64,000 bases of DNA from Thermodesulfobacteriota bacterium (lineage in GTDB: Bacteria; Desulfobacterota; Binatia; Bin18). Made by a program: the position numbers and the translations under genes. Every line of letters begins with the position of its first letter. Position 1 is the first letter of the stretch. The stretch is taken from the NCBI GenBank assembly GCA_964291405.2, contig OZ219926.1:1728001-1792000 (forward strand), given 5' to 3'. Of this stretch, positions 49,285-59,564 are shown piece by piece. The notes under the pieces are model-generated. The model searched no databases and was not told the DNA's origin. It saw nothing but the letters and a program-made list of their open reading frames with translations.

Positions 49285-51710
49285 GCCGGCTCTCCTTCAA
49301 GACGGGCCCCCAACTGCTGCCACAGCTTGTCGGGGGTCAGGGGTAATTCGGTGATCTCAAGACCCAGATGGCGGACGGCATCGGCTACTGCATTGGCAAT
49401 GGCAATCGGTGCGGTCTGGGCGGTGCTCTCCCCGACCCCTTTTGCTCCGGTTAGCGCCTGGGGAGTGGGCAGCACAATATGGTCCATCACAATATTGCTC
49501 GGCATTTCGCTCACCGTCGGACACAGATAATCCATCAGCGTTCCGGTCAGGAAATCACCCGTCTCGGTGTAGCGCAGTTCCTCGTACAGCGCGCCGGCTA
49601 GGCCATGCAAAATACCACCGGCAAGTTGCCCTCGGGCGATCTGTGGGTGCAGGATATTTCCGGCGTCATGCACGGTGATATAGTCGGTCACCCGGATATC
49701 GAGCGTCTCTTTATCGATCTCGACCACAGCCACGTCCGCAGTAAACGCATAGACCGCGGAAGAGTTCACCTGATCGTGCTCGTTCGGATAGTCGAGCTCG
49801 CTGGCAACAAACGTGCCCTCAACCTGAGTGGCTGTCTCCAGATGCGGTGGTAGTGTTCCGGTTGACCAGTGCAGGCGCGCCGCAACGTCTTTCAGGGACA
49901 GACCCAACTGCGCGTTATCGAGCGACACAATCCGGCCCGCCTGGATGCGGAGGCGACTCACGTCGCTGTCCAGGAAGTAGGCCGCCGCTTGGAGAAGATT
50001 CTCTTGCAACTGTCTGGCAGCAGCGACAATGGAACTGGCCCCGACCGCACCGAAACGACTGGAATAACTGCCCGAAGATACCGACCACGGCCTGGAACCG
50101 GTGTCCATCCCAGCGATGACCGTCACGTCCGCCGGCACAATATCCAGGGCCTGGGCAACAATAAACGCCGCAGTCGTTTCCTGTCCCTGCCCATGGGCCG
50201 CGGTCTCCAACTCAACCGTGATACCACCGGTTGCGTCCAAATAGATTCGGGTCGTCTGCGCCGAGCCAACCCGGACAAGGTTGGGACGGCGCTGCGTGGC
50301 TTTCTTACTCACATCGATATAACCCATATTCGAGCCCGAGGGATCTATCGCCACAGCCATGCCAACCCCGCGCCACACTGCAGCATCACTCGGAGTCGCA
50401 GTTCCCGTGGACTGACGCAGTTGCCAGTAATTGCTCAGTTCCAGCGCCCGCTGCGTGGCGCGGGGATAATCCCCGGAGTCGTACAGTCCGCCCGTCACCG
50501 TCCGGTAGGGGATATCCTGGGGCTGGATAAGATTTTGCAATCGGACCGTGGCCGGGTCTTTACCAAGCTTCAGGGCGAGCTCATCAATCGCACGCTCAAT
50601 CGGGAAATAGTGCTGTTGGCAGGCGTAGCCACGGTTCGGTCCGCTAGGACAGACATTCGTCATGACCGCCAGGGCGTTGACCTCAAGATGCTCGATCTTG
50701 TAGGCGTTCATAAAATTGCCGATCGGACGGAACAGGCAGCCGGGCTCCGGCGCACGAATATACGCCCCCACGTTGTCCATGAGGCGCATTTTGAGGCCGA
50801 GCAGTTGGCCATCATTACGGGCCGCGACTTCAATTTGCGTCACGCGGTCCGTTCCGGTCGAGCTGGCGCTGAGTGATTCCAGGCGGTCTTCGATCCACTT
50901 GACCGGCCGGCCGGCTTTCCGAGACGCCAGCGCCATCAAGGCCATATAGGGATACAGGGCGATCTTATTCCCAAACGAACCGCCGACATCCGGTGGCGTC
51001 ACCACCCGCAGCTTGCTGAGGGGAATCCGTAGCGCCCCGGCCAAAACCGCCAACATGCTATACGGCCCGTGGAAGTTGGCCCAAAAACTGACCTGAGACG
51101 CGGACGGATTCCAGCCTACGATAATCCCGTACGTTTCGAGTGGAAAGGATTGATAGCGAGGAAAAACATAGCGCTGCGAGAACACAATATCCGCCGCGCT
51201 GAAGACCGATACCACATCACCATAGGCGAGCTGACGATCAATGGCGACATTGGTTTCCAGTTCCTCGTGCAGGATGGGGGCCGAGGGCTGCATGGCCGCC
51301 TCAACATCAACGATGGCAGGCAGAGGCTCGTACTCTACCTCGATTGTATCTCGGGCGTCTTCGGCAACATAGCGGTCGGTGGCCACCACAACGGCGACCG
51401 GCTCGCCGACGTAGCGCACCTTGTCGATGGCGCAGGAGTAATACCGCCCCGGCCGTTCGGCAGCCACCGCAAACGGACGGCTCCACTCTTGGACTTCCCG
51501 ACCGGTCAGCACGGTTATGACCCCAGGCAGCGCAAGCGCGGCGCTTGGATTAATGTTGTGAATACGCGCGTGCGCATACGGGCTTCTGACCACCGCGGCA
51601 TGGGCAAGATTGGGGAGTGGATTGAGATCGGCAATATACTGGGCCTGCAGATCAAAGAGACGCCGTCCTTCTGTTGAGGGCGGGGCGGTGGTGAGTGAAT
51701 GCTGAGACAT
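49275..51710 (-). CDS. hmfA: Xanthine-dehydrogenase-family Mo subunit, HmfA-like (2-furoyl-CoA dehydrogenase)
   Basis: RSPYAHA, DVGGSFG.K, GPNRGY, HGQG.ET, SGSYSSRF and GAKGVGE. Confidence 0.75.
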   Translation of the reverse strand: MSQHSLTTAPPSTEGRRLFDLQAQYIADLNPLPNLAHAAVVRSPYAHARIHNINPSAALALPGVITVLTGREVQEWSRPFAVAAERPGRYYSCAIDKVRYVGEPVAVVVATDRYVAEDARDTIEVEYEPLPAIVDVEAAMQPSAPILHEELETNVAIDRQLAYGDVVSVFSAADIVFSQRYVFPRYQSFPLETYGIIVGWNPSASQVSFWANFHGPYSMLAVLAGALRIPLSKLRVVTPPDVGGSFGNKIALYPYMALMALASRKAGRPVKWIEDRLESLSASSTGTDRVTQIEVAARNDGQLLGLKMRLMDNVGAYIRAPEPGCLFRPIGNFMNAYKIEHLEVNALAVMTNVCPSGPNRGYACQQHYFPIERAIDELALKLGKDPATVRLQNLIQPQDIPYRTVTGGLYDSGDYPRATQRALELSNYWQLRQSTGTATPSDAAVWRGVGMAVAIDPSGSNMGYIDVSKKATQRRPNLVRVGSAQTTRIYLDATGGITVELETAAHGQGQETTAAFIVAQALDIVPADVTVIAGMDTGSRPWSVSSGSYSSRFGAVGASSIVAAARQLQENLLQAAAYFLDSDVSRLRIQAGRIVSLDNAQLGLSLKDVAARLHWSTGTLPPHLETATQVEGTFVASELDYPNEHDQVNSSAVYAFTADVAVVEIDKETLDIRVTDYITVHDAGNILHPQIARGQLAGGILHGLAGALYEELRYTETGDFLTGTLMDYLCPTVSEMPSNIVMDHIVLPTPQALTGAKGVGESTAQTAPIAIANAVADAVRHLGLEITELPLTPDKLWQQLGARLEGEPACT

Positions 51711-51755
51711 GACGCGAAGAAAAGCTATGGTATCAGCGTGAGGAGTTGAGTGGGT

Positions 51756-52238
51756 TCATTCGCTTTGGTCCCGTAACCGCTTGGCCGCTTCCACGATGCT
51801 CACATAGCCGGTGCAGCGGCAGATATGCCCGCCCAGCGTCTCGTGGATATCCCGGTCCAAGATCGGCTCCGGCGCGCTTTCCAGGAGATGATACAGGCTG
51901 AGGGTGAAGCCGGCCGTGCAAAAGCCGCACTGCATGGCAAACTGCTCAACAAAAGCCTGCCCGATCGTTTTTCCACGCTCGGTTTGCATGATCCCTTCAA
52001 GCGTGGTGATTTCATGGTCCGCCACCTGTGCTGCCAAACGCAGACAGGAACGAACGGGCAGGCCATCGAGTAGCACCGTACAGGCGCCACACACCCCATG
52101 CTCACACCCTAGATGCACACTCGTGCAGCCCGCCTCTTCGCGTAGAAAGTCAGCCAGCGTAGTGCGGACGTCGACCAGCGCTTCCACTGGCGTGCCGTTG
52201 ACCGCGGTCGTCACGATGGTTCGACGTTGAGGCTGCAC
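51756..52238 (-). CDS. hmfC: 2Fe-2S subunit (CoxS/HmfC-like)
   Basis: GCEHGVCGACT, QCGFCT and ICRCTGY. Confidence 0.8.
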   Translation of the reverse strand: MQPQRRTIVTTAVNGTPVEALVDVRTTLADFLREEAGCTSVHLGCEHGVCGACTVLLDGLPVRSCLRLAAQVADHEITTLEGIMQTERGKTIGQAFVEQFAMQCGFCTAGFTLSLYHLLESAPEPILDRDIHETLGGHICRCTGYVSIVEAAKRLRDQSE

Positions 52239-53129
52239 TTATGCGCTCCCAGCCGCGTTCTCTCTTTTCCCGTTCCACATGGCAACCGCATCCAGGCAGG
52301 CGCGCTTGACCATCACCCGAGCGAGTTGCTTCCGATACCCGGCAGAGGCATGCAGGTCGGCGTGACAGTCGAGCCCGGCGACCGCCGCTGCCGCGACCGC
52401 ATCGGCTTGGCCGTCAGACAGAGCCTGCTGTGTCAGCACGGCTTCAGCCTGCGCGACCCGGAGCGGTCGGTCTTCCACCCCAAACAGGACGACTCGGCTG
52501 TTTGCCAAACGGTCCGCCTCCAGCTCAGCCAGTACTATCGCGCCGGCCAGAGCAAAATCTCCCGCCCGCCGGGTATACTCCCGGACCCCCCACACCACGT
52601 TCTTGCGGATGGGGATACGGACTTCGGTCAGCAGTTCGCCGGACCGGACATCCGCGCTCAGAGGGCCCTGAAAAAAATCAACCGCTGGAATAGAACGCGC
52701 ACCGGACGGTCCGACGACACACAGTTCCGCCCCCAGCGCGCACATGGCCGCCGGCAGTTCTGCGGCCGGGTCGGCGTGAGCCAGACTCCCCCCAATTGTT
52801 CCCGCGTAACGAATGGGCGGATGACCGATCAGGCGCGTGGCCGCAGCCAAAACGGGAACGGTCTGCCGAATACGCATGTCCCGTTCGAGCCGGGACTGCC
52901 GGGTGAGTGCGCCAATATGCAGGTACTCACCCTCCTGGCGGATATAGCTCAACTCGTCCAGGCCGTTAATGTCCACAATAATGCCGGGGGTTGCCAGCCG
53001 CATATTGAGGAGCGGCATCAGACTCTGTCCGCCGGCGAGAATCTTGGCCTCATCGCCGTACTGAACCAGGGCCGCCATTGCCTGTTCGACTGACTCCGGG
53101 GCAATATACTCAAAAGGGGCAGGCTTCAT
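52239..53129 (-). CDS. hmfB: FAD-binding subunit (CoxM/HmfB-like)
   Basis: MKPAPFEY, LAGGQSLMP and GTIGGSLAHADPAAE. Confidence 0.8.
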   Translation of the reverse strand: MKPAPFEYIAPESVEQAMAALVQYGDEAKILAGGQSLMPLLNMRLATPGIIVDINGLDELSYIRQEGEYLHIGALTRQSRLERDMRIRQTVPVLAAATRLIGHPPIRYAGTIGGSLAHADPAAELPAAMCALGAELCVVGPSGARSIPAVDFFQGPLSADVRSGELLTEVRIPIRKNVVWGVREYTRRAGDFALAGAIVLAELEADRLANSRVVLFGVEDRPLRVAQAEAVLTQQALSDGQADAVAAAAVAGLDCHADLHASAGYRKQLARVMVKRACLDAVAMWNGKRENAAGSA

Positions 53130-53371
53130 GCGTCGTCCTTAACAGCCGGAGAAAGATATCGTCTGCGAACCCGCCTCTCCAACCTCGCGCGGGACTATAC
53201 TACGGATGGAATAGCCAGTCCAGGAAGTCGGGTGGTTGCGTCACCACACACGCTTGGCCTTCCAGCAGAGCGTTCCGCTCAGGCCCCCAGCGTTTCTCCC
53301 GTTGACCTACCCCCGGACAATCCATATGGATGGGAGAGCTAACGTCATTCTTTGCTGAAAGGAGTATGCGT

Positions 53372-54046
53372 ATGAGTGGTCAAGAAGCCGGGCTCAACAA
53401 CGAGCTCAAGCAGCAAATCGCAGCTTTCCAAAAGGAAATGCTGCCAAAAATTCCGCCGGCGATTCGTGAGGTGCTGGTCCGCACCACAGAGGATCAGGTG
53501 AAATCCGGCATCGCAGACAAAGCCCTGAAGGTCGGAGACAAAGCCCCCGACTTTACCCTGCCCAACGCCCGTGGCGAGGCGGTGACGCTGTCACAGCTCC
53601 TGGCCAAAGGACCGGCGGTCATTGCCTTTTATCGAGGCGCGTGGTGACCCTACTGCAACCTGCAGTTGCAGGCATATCAAAATCGTCTGGCCGAGATGCA
53701 GGCGCAGGGCGCCTCCCTGATCGCCATCTCGCCCCAAACCCCGGATAAATCGCTGACAGTTGCCGAAAAGAATGCGCTTCAGTTTGAGGTGCTCAGCGAC
53801 GCTGGCAATAGCGTCGCACGGCAGTTCGGGCTGGCCTTCCAATTTGTCGATGAGCTTCGGGAGACCTTCGAGAAAATGGGCATCCAACTGCCCGAATACA
53901 ACGGCGATGACGCCTGGGAACTGCCGATACCCGGCACCTATGTCATTGACCGGGACGGAACCATTCGGCTGGCCTATATCGATGCAAACTACACCACCCG
54001 GCTTGAACCGGGTGATATTGTTGAGAGTCTGCAAGGACTGAACTAG
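53372..54046 (+). CDS. Peroxiredoxin-like AhpC/TSA selenoprotein (UxxC); TGA 53645-53647 read as Sec
   Basis: ORFs 53330-53647 and 53666-54046 share a frame: FYRGAW-U-PYCNLQLQAYQ. SECIS-like hairpin at 53659-53672. Confidence 0.88.
53659..53672 (+). promoter_or_regulatory. Bacterial SECIS-like hairpin
   Basis: CCUGC-AGUU-GCAGG; loop begins 16 nt after UGA with G at loop position 2. Confidence 0.6.
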
Positions 54047-54074
54047 ACCTGTGCAGGCTGAATGAGAGCTTCAC

Positions 54075-55241
54075 ATGTATGTGACCCATCTCTCTTGTTC
54101 AGCCTGCGCATCCTGCCACACGCCCAATCAGCTCCATAACCTGTGTACCCAATGCGGTAAGCCGTTATTGGTTCACTACGATCTTGAGCGGGTCGCGGCC
54201 ACGTTCCGAAAAGACCGCCTACCCGCTCGCCCTGCAAGTCTGTGGCGTTATCAAGAGGTGCTGCCCGTTGTCCAGGCCACCAATATCGTCAGTCTGGGCG
54301 AAGGCTGGACACCGCTGCTGCACGCCCAGCGGCTGGGTGAACAACTCGGCATGGCGCGGCTCTATATCAAAGACGAGTCGTGCAATCCTACAGGATCGTT
54401 TAAAGCGCGCGGAATGTCCCTGGCCGTCTCGATGGCCAAAGAACTCGGAGTGAAAAAGCTGGCCGTTCCCTCGGCCGGGAATGCGGCGGGTGCGCTGGCA
54501 GCCTATGCTGCACGGGCCGGACTCGAAGCCTATATCTTCATGCCCAGGGATGTACCGCTGGCCAATCGGCTTGAATGCGAACGGACAGGGGCCCACGTCA
54601 GCCTTGTTGACGGCCTGATTACGGATTGTGGAAAGCTTATCACCGAACGTAAAGAGCAAGAGGGTTGGTTCGATGTCTCGACCCTGAAGGAGCCCTACCG
54701 TCTCGAAGGCAAGAAAACGATGGGCTATGAACTGGCAGAACAGTGCGGCTGGTCCCTGCCGGACGTCATTCTGTATCCCACGGGCGGAGGGACGGGGCTG
54801 ATCGGCATGTGGAAGGCCTTTGACGAAATGGAACAGCTCGGTTGGATCGACGCACGCCGGCCCCGCATGGTGAGCGTACAGGCGGCGGGCTGCGCCCCCA
54901 TTGTGCACGCCTTTGCTACTGGCGCGTCACACGGCGCGGAGATTCCCAGACCACATACCCTCGCCTCGGGCTTGCGCGTGCCCGCGGCGATTGGCGATTT
55001 CCTGATGCTTGATATTCTGCGCAAAAGCGGCGGTACGGCGGTGAGTGTCAGCGACGAGGAACTCCTGTCCGCAGTCGGAGAAATCGGCGCGGCCGAGGGC
55101 GTCTTTCCCGCACCGGAGGGGGCGGCCTGTCTGCCGGCCCTCAAGCGCCTGCTTCAGCAGGGCGCAGTCAAACAGGACGACCAAGTCGTCCTGTTCAATA
55201 CTGGTTCGGGGCTGAAGTATCTGGACGTGTTGTCTGCTTAG
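54075..55241 (+). CDS. thrC: Threonine synthase (PLP fold II)
   Basis: [44 protein letters not shown] and FNTGSGLKY. Confidence 0.88.
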   Translation: MYVTHLSCSACASCHTPNQLHNLCTQCGKPLLVHYDLERVAATFRKDRLPARPASLWRYQEVLPVVQATNIVSLGEGWTPLLHAQRLGEQLGMARLYIKDESCNPTGSFKARGMSLAVSMAKELGVKKLAVPSAGNAAGALAAYAARAGLEAYIFMPRDVPLANRLECERTGAHVSLVDGLITDCGKLITERKEQEGWFDVSTLKEPYRLEGKKTMGYELAEQCGWSLPDVILYPTGGGTGLIGMWKAFDEMEQLGWIDARRPRMVSVQAAGCAPIVHAFATGASHGAEIPRPHTLASGLRVPAAIGDFLMLDILRKSGGTAVSVSDEELLSAVGEIGAAEGVFPAPEGAACLPALKRLLQQGAVKQDDQVVLFNTGSGLKYLDVLSA

Positions 55242-55242
55242 C

Positions 55243-56928
55243 TCACGCCACCACGTTCGAGCGCAGCACGCGGCCGGACAGCGGGCCGGTCTGCTGCCCG
55301 TCTGAGAACAGTACCTGTCCGTTCAGGATCGTATGCGCGATTCCGGTCGACTTTTCGATATAGCGCAGTCCTCCACCGGGGAAATCGTGCACCGGCTCCT
55401 GTTTGCCGCAGTTGACGCTCTCTGGGTCGAAGACCACTAAGTCGGCGATCATGCCCGCAGCGACCGTCCCGCGCAGTGGAACGCCAAAGACCTGAGCGGG
55501 CACGGACGTCAACTTACGGATAGCCTCTTCAAGCGACAACATCTGTTTGTCGCGTACCAGCGTTCCGATCAGATAGGTCGAGTAGCCCGCCTCACAGCGC
55601 ATATCGGCGTGTGCCCCACCATCGGACAAACCGACCAGTGTATGCGGATGGGTGAGCATGTCTCTATTGACCTCTCCGAACTCGTACAAGAACTGCATGT
55701 CCAGATCGTCGTTGAGGGCCAGCTCGAAAAACAGCTCAAGCGGGTCTTTCCCTCGCTCGCGGCTCAGGCTGGCCAGGCTCTTGTCCAGCAGGGGTTGCAG
55801 CTCCGGCTTGTTGACCGTGAACACGCTCAGCTGCTCCCACTGTCCGGTAAAAATACGCGGCTGTTTCAGCTCTGCACGAAACGCGGCCCGAAAGGCAGGG
55901 TCGGCACATATACGCTGCTGCTCGTCCAAGGGTCGGTCGAAGATCGGCTTCCAGCAATCGAAATTGCCAAAGATAAACGGGCGCTTCAGACTGAAGCGGG
56001 CACTCTTGTAATGGCACGGCACCTGCCCCAGCGGCAGATAGCCCCGATCAAACAACGGCACCACCCGATTGACAGCGGCCTGCCAGGCGTCGGGGGGCGC
56101 TTCCGGCTTTTGCAGCAGCCCCAGCCACGTCACCGGCCGTTCACTGTGTAGCAGCAAAAAGGTCAGCAGGTCATACTCCTCATCAGACAAGAACCCGGGG
56201 CTCCGCGTGAGCGCAATCTCGATACTCCCCCGACCGAGTTTTTTGAGCACGCCGGATAAGGCCCCCAATTCGTCGCGACTGGCCATCCGGCTCGGCAGCG
56301 GTCGGCCTTGAAACCCAAGGTGCTGGGGGAGGACGGTTGTGGAAAAACCAAATGCGCCAGCGTCCATAGCCGCCTGGAAGAGCCCGCTGAGTTGTCGAAT
56401 CTCGGACTCCGTTGCCGCCCGCTCCTTGCTCTCCTCTCCGAGCACATACTGGCGCAACGGCGAGAGCGGCAGCATCATACCGACATTCATGCCTAGCCCG
56501 CGCTGGCCGATTGTGTTGAGGTATTCGTCAAAGCCCTGCCAGGACCAGTCAACCCCGCGTTGCAGAACTTCCAGGGACATGCCCTCGACGTTGACCAGAT
56601 CGCCCACAAGGGCTTCCCGGTCGGCAGGCTTGCACGGAGCAAGACCGACCCCACAGTTGCCCATGATAATAGAAGTCACACCGTGCCAGGACGAACACGT
56701 TGCCAGCGGGTCCCAGAGAATCTGGGCGTCGTAATGGGTGTGATGGTCGATAAATCCTGGGCATACGATCAGCCCACCAATGTCGAGGCTGGAGACTGCC
56801 TCGTGTGACGGAATATTGGCCTCAACCGCCGCAATCCGGTCTCCGCTCAGCGCCACGTCCGCGGCAAACCGCTCCCGTCCGGTTCCGTCGATAACGGTTC
56901 CCCCTTTGAGCACGACATCGTAGGACAT
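55243..56928 (-). CDS. Amidohydrolase, N-acyl-D-amino-acid deacylase family
   Basis: VIDGTG, PGFIDHHTHYDAQ, GNCGVG and SDGGAH. Confidence 0.9.
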   Translation of the reverse strand: MSYDVVLKGGTVIDGTGRERFAADVALSGDRIAAVEANIPSHEAVSSLDIGGLIVCPGFIDHHTHYDAQILWDPLATCSSWHGVTSIIMGNCGVGLAPCKPADREALVGDLVNVEGMSLEVLQRGVDWSWQGFDEYLNTIGQRGLGMNVGMMLPLSPLRQYVLGEESKERAATESEIRQLSGLFQAAMDAGAFGFSTTVLPQHLGFQGRPLPSRMASRDELGALSGVLKKLGRGSIEIALTRSPGFLSDEEYDLLTFLLLHSERPVTWLGLLQKPEAPPDAWQAAVNRVVPLFDRGYLPLGQVPCHYKSARFSLKRPFIFGNFDCWKPIFDRPLDEQQRICADPAFRAAFRAELKQPRIFTGQWEQLSVFTVNKPELQPLLDKSLASLSRERGKDPLELFFELALNDDLDMQFLYEFGEVNRDMLTHPHTLVGLSDGGAHADMRCEAGYSTYLIGTLVRDKQMLSLEEAIRKLTSVPAQVFGVPLRGTVAAGMIADLVVFDPESVNCGKQEPVHDFPGGGLRYIEKSTGIAHTILNGQVLFSDGQQTGPLSGRVLRSNVVA

Positions 56929-56943
56929 GGCTCTCTCCTTTTT

Positions 56944-57411
56944 TCACGGACGAGACGCTTGCTCGGTCTGCGGGCGCTTCTTGATCAAATAGGCGTGCGT
57001 GCCCTCAAGCACGACTTCATCGCGTTGATTGGTGATGCGGGTTTTGAGGCGCAGGACGCCGACCTTAGTCTTGGGAATGAGCTCGCTGACCTCAAGTTCC
57101 GGTCGGATGGTATCGCCAATCAAAACCGGTTTGAGAAACCGGGAAGACTGCTCAAGAAAGACCACCATCGACTCTTCAACCAGCGGCGACAGTTCGGACG
57201 CACCCAGCGCACCCATGGACGTGACCAGCAGGCCGTGCGTGACCCGTTTGCCGAAACGCGTAGCCTTGGCGTACTCGTCGTCATAGTGAATCGAATGGTT
57301 ATCGCCCGTCATGCCGGAGAAGAATAGAAAATGGGCATCGGTCAGGGTCTTGGCCGGCGAGCGAAAAACCTCGCCAACCTCGAAATCTTCAAAGTATTTG
57401 GTGGTTTTCAT
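56944..57411 (-). CDS. MaoC-family dehydratase
   Basis: YFEDFEVGE, TGDNHSIHYD, FGKRVTHG and FLKPVLIGDT. Confidence 0.92.
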   Translation of the reverse strand: MKTTKYFEDFEVGEVFRSPAKTLTDAHFLFFSGMTGDNHSIHYDDEYAKATRFGKRVTHGLLVTSMGALGASELSPLVEESMVVFLEQSSRFLKPVLIGDTIRPELEVSELIPKTKVGVLRLKTRITNQRDEVVLEGTHAYLIKKRPQTEQASRP

Positions 57412-57804
57412 CTATTTCTCATCCAGCACGGCAATCGCATCGATTTCTATGAGCGCTTCCGGGCGCAGCAGCTCTTTGACCACGATCCCGGTTGCTGCGG
57501 GAAACCCGTTCGTAAAGAACTCGCGGCGCACCGCGGCGGTCCCGCGATAGCCTTCCTTGGTGGTGATATAGTCTACGGTCTTTACAATATCGTCGAAGCT
57601 CGCCCCGGCGGCGTCCAGGATCTTGCCGATCTTCTGAAAGATCTCGCGCGTCTGGGTCACGATATCTCCCGCACCAACAATTTCTCCCTTGGCATTAAAC
57701 GCGGTCAGGCCGGAAATAAACAGCAGATTCCCCTTGCGCACGGCGGGCGAGAAGGTATAGCGCTGGTCAAATCCCCAGGGATCAACGATTTCAAGTTTCG
57801 GCAT
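57412..57804 (-). CDS. RidA/YjgF family protein
   Basis: FSPAVRKGNLLFISG and P.AT...V..L....LIEIDAIA. Confidence 0.92.
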   Translation of the reverse strand: MPKLEIVDPWGFDQRYTFSPAVRKGNLLFISGLTAFNAKGEIVGAGDIVTQTREIFQKIGKILDAAGASFDDIVKTVDYITTKEGYRGTAAVRREFFTNGFPAATGIVVKELLRPEALIEIDAIAVLDEK

Positions 57805-57834
57805 AGACTAGTCTCTCCTCTCGTCCGCTCTCGA

Positions 57835-58386
57835 TTACGCCGTAGCGGCAGCGTGCAGATGCGGTCCGTCCAATTCAAGCTGCGCGGCAATCTCGGCTAG
57901 CGCCTCTTCGGCGCGCCCCCGAAAGTCCTCAGGTGTTTCTCCAGCCTTGATGTGCGGAATGACCACAATGGGAATCTCCGGCATGGCCATGGCTTTGGCC
58001 TGGTCTTGAGCCGCCACCAGGAAGGTATCAAACGCCACGACAATGGAACGCACCCCCCGTTTCCACAGTTTCGCTGCGTCGAGCATACAGCCCGACGTAC
58101 ACGACCCTCAGGCACACAGGCCGACAACGGCCTGCTGGGACGCGGCGGCCACCTCGTCCATCAACGCCTCGGGCGAAGGGCGGGTAAACACCGGCTTGCG
58201 CCAGATCGATGCGGCGCTTACAGACGGTTTCGCCTCCAGAAGCTCCTTGAGGCGTTCAAAGAACTTTCCGGCGATCTCGTTGCCAAAGCCATTATTAACC
58301 AATCCGACCACGCGGCCCGCAGCTGTATGATCGATTTTCTTCTCCGCGAACGGTCGTCGGACTCCGACGGGGCTGAGTACCCGCAT
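57835..58386 (-). CDS. UGSC-family selenoprotein; TGA 58110-58108 read as Sec
   Basis: ORFs 58108-58443 and 57835-58086 share a frame: AVVGLCA-U-GSCTSGCMLDAAKL..RGV. SECIS-like hairpin at 58077-58097. Confidence 0.9.
58077..58097 (-). promoter_or_regulatory. Bacterial SECIS-like hairpin
   Basis: Minus strand CGUCGGGC-UGUAU-GCUCGACG; 8-bp stem, loop 18 nt after UGA, GU in the loop. Confidence 0.75.
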
Positions 58387-58394
58387 ATGACACC

Positions 58395-59441
58395 TCACTG
58401 TTGAATTTCCTTGGTCACGGCAAACCCACCGAGTCCACCCCAACCCGGACAGATCGCCGCGAAATACGTTTCGCCTCCGGCAACGACAATATGGATATTC
58501 CGGGGCCGCTCGGTAATGGGTACCCGGTAGTCGTCATTGTCCTTCTCCACCCAACTCGGCCAGAACTGGTCTGATATTCCCAGAGCATCAACTTCTCGGA
58601 TATCCTCCAGTCTGGCCCGAGCGTGCTCCCAGAGATACACCCGAATCTCGGGCTTGGACCAGCCTTCGCGGTGAAACTGCCGCGCCTGCCAGGGATTCAG
58701 CACAACCAAGGTCTCTCCCATGGCCTGGACATTATTACTGCCCAAGCCGCTGAGTGAGCTGACCAGGGAGGCCAGCATCTGTTTGACCGTGCCGTAGCAT
58801 AAGACAGAGTGGGGTGCCTCACAGCTAAACACGGTCACGGCGTTTTTACCGGCTTCGATGCCGCACTCCACGTGTAGCGGCTCCCAGGGGTTTGCCTCTT
58901 CCTTTTCCGCAATGCAGAAACTCCACTTGCCGGGGTGGGCCTGAGTTGACTTATCCACCTCGCCCGGAACGTTCCCACCCAGATTCCAGAGGATCAAACG
59001 GATGGCGCGCCCAATGGTCCCGTTTGCCCGAAAGCCATTACCAAACACTCCATCGCCCGCGTTGAGCTTGAGTTGTGTCGCAATCGGACCATGGACAATG
59101 GTTAAGGGGACACAGCAGTGAGTGGTTGTTTGGACACCGTTCAGGTTGTGCTCGGGCTCCAGCATGGCCTCGACCGCCGCAATGATAACCGGGAAATACT
59201 CGGGCCGGCAGCCGGCCATGACGCTGTTAATCGCCAGCTTCTCAATCGTGGCAATACCTTGGGCCGGCGGAATCTCACCCAGTTCTTCGGTCGACGCGCG
59301 TCCCGAGGCCGCGATCATGGCCGCAACCAATTCTTCGGTCGGCGGAACAATAGCTAAGCCGTCGGTCCAGCCGCGCTCAAAGAACAGTTCGACTGCGGCG
59401 TGGTAGTCGTCAACGTCAATCTGCTCGGATGTGAACTGCAT
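58395..59441 (-). CDS. Conserved hypothetical protein, UGSC-associated partner
   Basis: RGWTDGL.IVPPTE, ATIEKLAINSVMAGCRPEYFPV and RANGTIGRAIRL; a domain that commonly accompanies UGSC proteins. Confidence 0.85.
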   Translation of the reverse strand: MQFTSEQIDVDDYHAAVELFFERGWTDGLAIVPPTEELVAAMIAASGRASTEELGEIPPAQGIATIEKLAINSVMAGCRPEYFPVIIAAVEAMLEPEHNLNGVQTTTHCCVPLTIVHGPIATQLKLNAGDGVFGNGFRANGTIGRAIRLILWNLGGNVPGEVDKSTQAHPGKWSFCIAEKEEANPWEPLHVECGIEAGKNAVTVFSCEAPHSVLCYGTVKQMLASLVSSLSGLGSNNVQAMGETLVVLNPWQARQFHREGWSKPEIRVYLWEHARARLEDIREVDALGISDQFWPSWVEKDNDDYRVPITERPRNIHIVVAGGETYFAAICPGWGGLGGFAVTKEIQQ

Positions 59442-59564
59442 CACCCCTCCAGGCCGTCCTCTGATGTCTACACAGCCTGGAGGGACAGCGTCAAGGGTTT
59501 ACACCTGCCTCGCAACTCAAGCCCTTGAAGAATGCTGTTCAGCCTCTAGCGGAAGCGCCTCTGT

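Noticed and set aside
49275-53129. Aerobic CO dehydrogenase (coxMSL)
   Set aside because: No AYxCSFR or AYRGAGR active-site loop; the linked CoA ligase and crotonase point to an Hmf-like enzyme.
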